From: a candidate division FCPU426 bacterium
GTDB lineage: Bacteria > Oederibacteriota > Muellerivitia > Muellerivitales > Muellerivitaceae
Length of the DNA stretch: 64,000 bases
Direction: 5' to 3'
Assembly: GCA_963771075.1 (NCBI GenBank)
Contig: CAVYSE010000011.1
Coordinates: forward strand, 352,001 to 416,000
Below are positions 58,201-64,000 of the stretch, one piece after another. The position numbers and the translations under genes are program-made. The notes below the pieces were generated by a model. It saw only the letters and a list, made by a program, of their open reading frames with translations. It did no database searches and was not told the origin of the DNA. Position 1 is the first letter of the stretch, and each line of letters opens with the position of its first letter.

Positions 58201-58698
58201 CTCAGCCAGGAAGTGGCGCACTTGAAGGGCGAGGCCTTCAGCGAGGACTTCACACCCCAGCTTTCCCTGGGCGTGACGGCTTATTTCCCAAAAGAATATA
58301 TTCCGGACGAGGGACTGAAGATCGAATTTTACCGGAGATTGGCGGAAGCAGGCGACGATTTGGCGGGGGTGGTGGAGGAGTTGAAGGACCGTTTTGGCCC
58401 CCCTCCTCCCGAGGCCCAGATGTTATTGACCGTGGCCTCTTTCCGTCCGCTCACGAAAAACCTGGGCGTCCAAAGGCTGGAGGCCCAAGGCGGCTGGGTC
58501 AGCCTGCAGTGGCATCCAAGCCATTCGCCTGATCCGAAGCGGGTGGAAAAATGGTTCAAGCAGTACCCCCCCTCCCGAATCCGATTCTCCCCGCATGATC
58601 CTAATATGGTTTCCTTTCGCGTGGCGAAGGGGGATGAATCCCAGGAACAACGTCTAGCGGCGGTAGAACGGCTTCTAAAAGACCTACAAAAGGGGTAG
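55219..58698 (+). CDS. mfd: Transcription-repair coupling factor
   Basis: UvrB-homology region, RID, CGDVGYGKTEVA, DEEHRFG, QLYQLKGRVGR and TRCF domain. Confidence 0.98.
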   Translation: MPVTEPKTPPTSPLALNKLDWPEAEQSLTALKAMKPRTLLQGVPGSAKPFLISWLYQRLKEEQPWLILAPTRDEALGLQDDLLSWMPDVPVLLCPSWEIMPQDVETPDPELIGERQRVFYQLLQGGPCVIIATLQGALQQTLPASEWLDQVMVLRRDQEVPLDLKQKLVALGYESVTQVVELGQFAMRGGILDLASPGSPSGPVRLEFFGETLISVRPLNILNQRSGGDLSEVYVFPAHEVVVKAETSQNLKAALREKVKEESRWASSALELFTQTRTFPGWEWQAVGALPDRQCLLDYLPEKSRLLLLEPLALERKFEELADKLKACDRQAAEEKSDLFPASNLFGDLQYIQKALADGRAFAIGQILQDLMGESPDFDFPIQSRSLNPYYGKFGSFINDLKKWLDDKERVILWCHNRGERERLIELLREEKIDPKETPSLTLALGEVEQGFALEGIGLKVLPDHDLFRRYRGRRHRRIRTVSGGKALSSLNELSLGDWAVHLDCGICLYRGLTPLTIDEVTRDYIQLEFADNEKIYLPTDQIGLIQRYIGSEGSPVLSKLGGEQWSRTKNKIKKEIEAVARELMALYSTRQALRKKPFSIDTPWQYEFEDAFLYTLTPGQHQAIQDVKKDMESDRVMDRLVCGDVGYGKTEVAMRAAFKAVQDKRQVAVLVPTTILAQQHFNTFKDRMADYPIKIALLSRFRSPKEIHETLNQAREGEIDVLIGTHRLIMKDVKLPNLGLLVIDEEHRFGVAQKEKMKALKKDVDVLTLTATPIPRTLHMSLSGIREISVIDTPPRNRMSVLSQVAPMDEKLLGEAIRREINREGQVFYVHNHVKDIERIADRLHQVVPEAKLAVAHGQLNEHELESIMMDFIDREYDVLVCTSIIESGLDMPNVNTLIVERADHMGLSQLYQLKGRVGRTDRQAYAYFFYPRHMTLKELAQKRLEVLQEFSSLGSGLHIAMKDMEIRGAGNVLGTQQHGNMDAIGFELYSRMLSQEVAHLKGEAFSEDFTPQLSLGVTAYFPKEYIPDEGLKIEFYRRLAEAGDDLAGVVEELKDRFGPPPPEAQMLLTVASFRPLTKNLGVQRLEAQGGWVSLQWHPSHSPDPKRVEKWFKQYPPSRIRFSPHDPNMVSFRVAKGDESQEQRLAAVERLLKDLQKG

Positions 58699-58833
58699 TT
58701 TTCATTCCTGTAACCTCCACCTGTGTGATTTTTCACCTATTTTGACTTTTTGTTGTAATGTAAAGGCTCCTTTCGGGCCCTTAAAAGCCTGTTCGGATCA
58801 ATATAAAACAAACGAAGGTTGAGGTTTCAAGCA

Positions 58834-59034
58834 ATGGTTCAAGGTACTGTGAAGTGGTTCAAGAACGAGAAGGGTTTTGGTTTCATTTCCCAAGACGGTG
58901 GCGAAGACGTATTTGTTCACCATTCGTCCATCCAAGGCGAGGGTTACAAGTCGCTGAACGAAGGGGACCGCGTGGAGTTTGAAGTGACCCGCGGGGACAA
59001 GGGCCTGAAAGCTGAGAACGTCGTTAAGATCTAA
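58834..59034 (+). CDS. cspA: Cold-shock protein
   Basis: GTVKWF, KGFGFI and DVFVH RNP motifs. Confidence 0.96.
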   Translation: MVQGTVKWFKNEKGFGFISQDGGEDVFVHHSSIQGEGYKSLNEGDRVEFEVTRGDKGLKAENVVKI

Positions 59035-59057
59035 TCAAGATCTTTCAGGATTTTTTT

Positions 59058-59095
59058 AAAAGCCCTGTAGTGGTTAACCGCTACAGGGCTTTTTT
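59058..59095 (+). terminator. Intrinsic terminator
   Basis: aaaagccctgtagtgg/ccgctacagggctttt. Confidence 0.85.
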
Positions 59096-59136
59096 ATTAG
59101 AGGCATCAAAAATTTATCTTAAGAAGAAAGGCTGCC

Positions 59137-59403
59137 ATGCAAATCAGTGAAAAAGACCTGGGGAAAATAGTCCGCCTACCCGTCCGCCCCGAATGGGGCT
59201 TCGGCATCATCAGCAAAGTCGAGAACCGTTTCGCTTTCATCCTCTTTCAGACAGCCGAGGATAAAACGCCAAAGAAATATTATCTGGCCGAAAATCCATT
59301 GCAGCTTGCGCCCGACCAGAACCAGCCTGATCTCACAAAACGCGCCCGCGTGAAGAACAAAAAGATCAAGGTCAAGGCTGCGGCCCCCAAAGCTGCCGAA
59401 TAA
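59137..59403 (+). CDS. Small SH3-like hypothetical protein (DUF3553-like)
   Basis: GKIVRLPVRPEWGFG motif; basic tail. Confidence 0.6.
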   Translation: MQISEKDLGKIVRLPVRPEWGFGIISKVENRFAFILFQTAEDKTPKKYYLAENPLQLAPDQNQPDLTKRARVKNKKIKVKAAAPKAAE

Positions 59404-59609
59404 AGTGAGTTGATGATTTCTCCCTCTATCGTGATTGGGAGAGGGTTTATGGATCTGCTTTGCCAGGCGAATAATGTCTAACCTTTTTGGGACTACGGTT
59501 CGGTGGTGAAGGATTGGTATTTGCCCCGGCCCCGCGCTATTGCGGGACCCATCCCTATTTGTTACGATACGCAGTCTTTTTTCCAGTAAAGCCGATACAA
59601 GGAGTCTCC

Positions 59610-60377
59610 ATGGTTTCGCGCCCGACCCGATTCTGTCTAATCCTTTGCGCTGCCGCCCTCTTTTTTACCGGCTGGTCCTGCGGAAAGCTCGGAAATAAAA
59701 ACGCCCTCTCAGACGATCAGGTCGTCGCCACGGTGGGTGCCAAGAAGATAACCTTTGGCGACTGGATGAGGCAAATGGACCTTTTGCGGGTGTTCTCGCC
59801 CCAACCCGTGGACCCTAACAATTCCGAGGCGGTGAAGGCCGTGCTGGACAGCCTGATCGACCAACAAGTGGTGTTGGAAGCGGCCAAGGCGGCCAATTAC
59901 AGCGATCCCAAGTTCGACGAAATTTCCAAGAACAAGCTCATCGAGGCGGGGAACCAGATCAAGGATATCAAGGATCGCCTGGTCCAGGACATGGAAACGG
60001 TGAATCGCCTGGAAAAAACATACAAGGAATCCTACCTGCATATGCTCTTGGCCCAATCCTATGCCACGAGCCGGGCCTCGCTGGTGCCAGTCAGCGACTT
60101 GGAGATGAATGAACGATACGCTAAATATGTCAAGCAAGCGGAAGGTGTCGGCCAGAAACCACATTCTTTTAGCGAGGTAAAAGAACAGGTGAAGATGAGG
60201 TGCCAAGCGGACAAACTGATGAGCCAGATCGAGTCGACCCAAAAGGTCGTCCGGGACGAAGACGCGATCCAAAAATACCTAACCAATCTTTCCACCTCCA
60301 GTGCCTTGCTTCAGGATCAAACGGCCCTGCCGCAACCCTCTTCTGCGGTAACGGCGTCTAAACCGGGCAGGGAATAG
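59610..60377 (+). CDS. SurA N-terminal-domain lipoprotein
   Basis: Lipobox-like GWSC; VVATVG..KIT; VLDSLIDQQVV; AAGGAG SD. Confidence 0.7.
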   Translation: MVSRPTRFCLILCAAALFFTGWSCGKLGNKNALSDDQVVATVGAKKITFGDWMRQMDLLRVFSPQPVDPNNSEAVKAVLDSLIDQQVVLEAAKAANYSDPKFDEISKNKLIEAGNQIKDIKDRLVQDMETVNRLEKTYKESYLHMLLAQSYATSRASLVPVSDLEMNERYAKYVKQAEGVGQKPHSFSEVKEQVKMRCQADKLMSQIESTQKVVRDEDAIQKYLTNLSTSSALLQDQTALPQPSSAVTASKPGRE

Positions 60378-60424
60378 TCTCGAAGGCCCGTTTTCGCGTG
60401 CCTCTGATCACGGATACAAAGAAG

Positions 60425-61411
60425 ATGGGGAAGTGGTTGCGTTGCGCACAGGGAGCCGGGGGGATCTTTTTTCTGCTGGCTGGGTGCCAGAAGGAACCCC
60501 TGGTGGATTTGACCCCAGACCAGGCGATTCCAGCGAAAACGCTTGTGACGGTCAATGGCGAGCCCATTTCCCTGGAAACCTTTGACAATGAATTCCGCCT
60601 CATGGAAATCCATTACAGCGCCGTGACCGAGGGCGAGATGAGGCCCGTCAAGCGGCGCCTATTTGAACAGGTGATCAACCGCAGACTGTTGCTTCAGGAG
60701 GCCCGGCGGGTAGGCCTCAAGATGACCCAGAAAGACCTTGATGACGCCTTTCAAAAAGCCCTCCGGGAGGTTCCCGACGATTACCGGACCGTTTTGAAGA
60801 CCCAGGGGGTCAGTGAGGAAGCCTGGAAGAAAAAGGTGCTCCAGGAGAAATTGGCCCAGAAAATCGTGGATCAGGAAGTGAATTCGAAGGTGCAGGTGAC
60901 GGATCCCGAGGTCGAGGAGTATTACTGGTCCCATCTCTCCGAATATTGGGTCCCGGCTGCGGTGTGGGCCCATCATTTGGTGGTGAGAAAAAGGACCGAC
61001 TTGGACAAGGCCCTGTTAAGCTTGAAGCGCGGGGAGGATTTCGCCAAGGTGGCGGCCACCTTCTCCGAGGGCGTGGAAAAGGCCCAGGGAGGCGATTGGG
61101 GTTGGATGCAGACGGACCGGCTTCCCCCGTCGTTCCTGGCCAGCCTTTCGGGGTTGGGACCGGGTGAGGTTTCCAAGCCCTTGCGGGACGAGTTCGGCTA
61201 CCATTTATTCCAGCGGATCGATTGGAGGCCCCGGCGCATGAGCACCCTGGCCGAGGCGGCTCCCCGAATCCGTGATTTTCTTTTGAAGGAAGAGCAAGAC
61301 GTGAGGTTCGACCAATGGATGGCCGGGCTCAAGAAAAACGCAGTCATTAAAGTGAACCAAGACCTGGCCCCCATCGTCGGGGTCACCCTGGAGGGATTGA
61401 AAGATGAATAA
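60425..61411 (+). CDS. PpiC/parvulin-type peptidyl-prolyl isomerase lipoprotein (SurA/PrsA family)
   Basis: LLAGC; VTVNGEPI; GEDFAKVAATFS, GGDWGW, GEVSKP..FGYH; start uncertain. Confidence 0.88.
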   Translation: MGKWLRCAQGAGGIFFLLAGCQKEPLVDLTPDQAIPAKTLVTVNGEPISLETFDNEFRLMEIHYSAVTEGEMRPVKRRLFEQVINRRLLLQEARRVGLKMTQKDLDDAFQKALREVPDDYRTVLKTQGVSEEAWKKKVLQEKLAQKIVDQEVNSKVQVTDPEVEEYYWSHLSEYWVPAAVWAHHLVVRKRTDLDKALLSLKRGEDFAKVAATFSEGVEKAQGGDWGWMQTDRLPPSFLASLSGLGPGEVSKPLRDEFGYHLFQRIDWRPRRMSTLAEAAPRIRDFLLKEEQDVRFDQWMAGLKKNAVIKVNQDLAPIVGVTLEGLKDE

Positions 61412-63212
61412 ATGGATCATGGCGGGATTGTTCGCGGCGGGACTCACCGGAATTATCCCGGTTTCCGCCAAGGCGGAAACGGTGGACGAGATCGCGCTGG
61501 TGGTGGACCAGGAATCCATGACGCGGGGGGAAATCACCGAATCCATCGAGGCTTATTTCGCCGCCCGGAATGAAAAGAGCCCCTCCCCCGGGTCCCGCGA
61601 GTACCTGGAGGCCAAGAAACAGGTAGAGGACAATTTCATCCAAGAGGTTGTCCTGGCCGAGGAGGCGGACCGTGAAAAGATTGAGGTTTCCGATTCCGAC
61701 GTGGACGGGCAGGTGAACCAGGAGATCGAGGGAATGAAGCGTAATTTTCCAACGGACGAAGATTTCCAAGAGGGGCTGAAGCGGGAAGGAATCACCCTGG
61801 ATGATCTGAAGCAGGATACCCGCGACCGGATGACCCGGCGCATCAAGGCCGGCCGAGTTCTTCACACCAAACAGGCCGAATTGCCCTCGACCGCCGTGGT
61901 CACGGACGAGCAGGTGGCCGATTATTACCAAAAGCACCCGAAGGACTATGAACAAGCCAAGTTTTCCATCATTCTTTTCAACGCGGACGCCAAAACTTCC
62001 GCCGAGAAAAGGGCCTCGGCCGAGAAACAGGCCCAGGCCGTTTTGGCGGAATTGAAAAAAGGCGGGGATTTCGCCGCTGCCGCCAGAAAATATTCCGAAG
62101 ACGCGGGCACCCGGGATAACGGCGGTGAAGTGGGAACCGTCTACCGGTCCGACCTGGACCCCGACCTGGCCAAGGGTATTTTCGCCATGACCGTCCACAG
62201 CCTGGGATTGGTGCATGGAGCCGAGGGCTTTTACGTGGTCAAACTGGAATTCAAAGGGACCGCCGAATACAGTTCGGTGGCTTCCAGTATCAAGACCCAT
62301 CTTGAGCAAACGGGGCGGTCTGACGCCCTTCAACAGTGGATCGACCAGCTGAAGGCCAATGCCTACATCATGGAAGACGGGAAAGTGGTGGTGTTCAAGG
62401 CGAAGCCCGCTTCCACTGTTTCCGCGCCGTTAACCACCGCTGCCTCGAACGTCCCGGCAGGTTCCAGTTCACCCGCCACCGCCGCTTCGGAGGCCGCGAC
62501 CGATGAGGACTCGGACCTGCCCCCCATGGTGGTTTATCCCACCCTGCCGGATACGGACAGCTGGACCCTGACTGCGAAGTTCAACGGAATCAATTACAAC
62601 ACCCAGGATCTGAGCGATTATTACGGCTCATCGTCGAACGCCAACCAGAACTTTCCATTCGGCTTCGGGTTGAATTTTGGCGCCGACCTGGCGCTGGACC
62701 CGACCATTCAGGTCGGTGTGGAAGCCGAATTCCTGCGCAAGACCGTTGAAACGGTCCTGAATGCCAACAATTCGGGTGACACCGAACTTTGGAACAGCGC
62801 GGTGCTGGGTCCCGCCCTTCACGCCAAGTTGTTGATTCCCCTGGACGAAGGAACGAATTTCGACCTTTCCCTTTCCGGGGGATATTATTTCTTGGCCGGT
62901 GCGAGCGTGTCGGTTTCCGGGCCCGTTAGCGAGAACATGAACGCCTCGGCCTCAAGCTTTGGGGCGGTCGCCGCCGCGGATTTCGAGTTTTTCGTCGACA
63001 GCTCCAAAAACACCTCGCTGGATTTGGGCCTAGCCTACCGCTTCCTCAAATTCAGCCCCTTAAATACCAGCCTGACTTATTCCTCCAACAACAACGCCAC
63101 CCCCCTGGCAAACTCGCCGCTCCAGAACGCCGATGGAAGCAATGCCGCCATCGACTATTCGGGAATCGAAGTGGGGGTCGGCCTGCGTTTCTACCTGGGA
63201 AAGGGTGAATAG
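61404..63212 (+). CDS. surA: SurA-family chaperone/PPIase fused to a C-terminal outer-membrane beta-barrel
   Basis: VDEIALVVD, GGDFAAAARKYSED..GGEVG, WIDQLKANAYI; Ser/Ala/Thr/Pro linker; amphipathic beta-strands ending IDYSGIEVGVGLRFYL. Confidence 0.8.
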   Translation: MNKWIMAGLFAAGLTGIIPVSAKAETVDEIALVVDQESMTRGEITESIEAYFAARNEKSPSPGSREYLEAKKQVEDNFIQEVVLAEEADREKIEVSDSDVDGQVNQEIEGMKRNFPTDEDFQEGLKREGITLDDLKQDTRDRMTRRIKAGRVLHTKQAELPSTAVVTDEQVADYYQKHPKDYEQAKFSIILFNADAKTSAEKRASAEKQAQAVLAELKKGGDFAAAARKYSEDAGTRDNGGEVGTVYRSDLDPDLAKGIFAMTVHSLGLVHGAEGFYVVKLEFKGTAEYSSVASSIKTHLEQTGRSDALQQWIDQLKANAYIMEDGKVVVFKAKPASTVSAPLTTAASNVPAGSSSPATAASEAATDEDSDLPPMVVYPTLPDTDSWTLTAKFNGINYNTQDLSDYYGSSSNANQNFPFGFGLNFGADLALDPTIQVGVEAEFLRKTVETVLNANNSGDTELWNSAVLGPALHAKLLIPLDEGTNFDLSLSGGYYFLAGASVSVSGPVSENMNASASSFGAVAAADFEFFVDSSKNTSLDLGLAYRFLKFSPLNTSLTYSSNNNATPLANSPLQNADGSNAAIDYSGIEVGVGLRFYLGKGE

Positions 63213-63233
63213 GCCTTTACCAGCAGGCTGGCC

Positions 63234-63497
63234 ATGCGAGTGGATCTGTTTTTGAAGCTCATGGGAATCACCAAAACCCGCATGGCCGCAAAGCGGTTTT
63301 GTGATAATGGGCGGGTGACATACGGGCCGCATGCGCTCAAACCCTCTTTTGAACTTCAATGCGGTGAGGAACTGTTGATTCGTCTACCTATTCGGGAAAT
63401 AAGATTAAAGGTCGTCGCGTTACCTAGGGAGAAAAGCGTCGCTAAAGCGAACCGGCCCAAGTTTGTCGAGATCTTATCCTCTGTTGAAATGAAGTAA
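63234..63497 (+). CDS. S4-domain RNA-binding protein (YabO/RqcP/Hsp15-like)
   Basis: MRVDLFLK..ITKTRMAAK..C..GRV...KPS. Confidence 0.85.
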   Translation: MRVDLFLKLMGITKTRMAAKRFCDNGRVTYGPHALKPSFELQCGEELLIRLPIREIRLKVVALPREKSVAKANRPKFVEILSSVEMK

Positions 63498-63582
63498 CTT
63501 TCCCTTTTGCGCCTCTTTTTTTCACGATCTGGTAGATACCACCTTTGGTAACTCAAAAATGAAATACTCTTCATTTTCTAAT

Positions 63583-63597
63583 TGATAATGGTTATCA
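63583..63597. promoter_or_regulatory. Fur-family box
   Basis: TGATAAT-G-GTTATCA, one mismatch from the 7-1-7 Fur consensus. Confidence 0.7.
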
Positions 63598-63650
63598 TTT
63601 AAATTATTCTCAAGACGCAATCGAATCTATTGAAAGCTATGAGGGAGCGT

Positions 63651-64000
63651 ATGTCGGCGGATATTAAGATTCTCAAAGCGATTTCCGTCAAAAAGAAATC
63701 CAATTTTGGGTCGCGCCTTGCGGCTTTTCTCATGGTCATGGGCCCGGGCTTGATCGTCATGCAGGCCGACACCGAGGCGGGAAGCATCACCACCGCGGCG
63801 GTGGCCGGCGCCCAATACAGCTTCCACCTGGTCGGGTTGCTTGTGATCCTCGCGTTACCTCTCTATGTGGTCCAGGAAATGACCGCGCGCCTGGGTTCGA
63901 TCACGGGAAAGGGCCACGCCTTTCTCATACGCCAAAAATACGGAATGGGTTGGGCCTGGGTTTCCCTTTCAGTGCTGTTCCTTTGCAACATCGCGGCCCT
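63651..64000 (+). CDS. NRAMP-family divalent metal transporter, 3' truncated; not in the ORF track
   Basis: MGPGLIVMQADTEAGSITT..AGAQY, QEMTARLG..TGKGH...IR..YG; GAGGGAG SD. Confidence 0.85.
   Translation, partial: MSADIKILKAISVKKKSNFGSRLAAFLMVMGPGLIVMQADTEAGSITTAAVAGAQYSFHLVGLLVILALPLYVVQEMTARLGSITGKGHAFLIRQKYGMGWAWVSLSVLFLCNIAA

Overview
GC-rich DNA from a diderm bacterium (LPS-type GT9, TonB-dependent receptor, porin, SurA-family chaperones). The organism cannot be identified from the window. There is no rRNA, tRNA, CRISPR array or transposase. The dominant theme is an expanded nitrogen-sensing system: three Amt ammonium transporters, six PII domains (one fused to the C-terminus of an APC permease), a BBP2-type porin and four sigma54 (-24/-12) promoters. 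These promoters share a helically phased upstream motif, TGT-N8-ACA-N4-YGTAG. A K+/ion homeostasis block (1.2-7.3 kb) has two c-di-AMP (ydaO-type) riboswitches with a conserved anti-SD platform and a shared upstream direct-repeat box. Other notable items are a SurA/PpiC chaperone fused to a C-terminal outer-membrane beta-barrel and an unannotated stand-alone zf-HC2 mini-protein behind a fifth sigma54 promoter. There is also an adenylate cyclase-ATPase-CutA-HK-RR operon, two frameshifted genes and three kinds of intergenic inverted-repeat elements. The rest is housekeeping (ilvD, htpX, HU, dsbD, Mrp, GMPP/PMM, mfd, csp). All calls come from motif recognition by eye; no searches were run.
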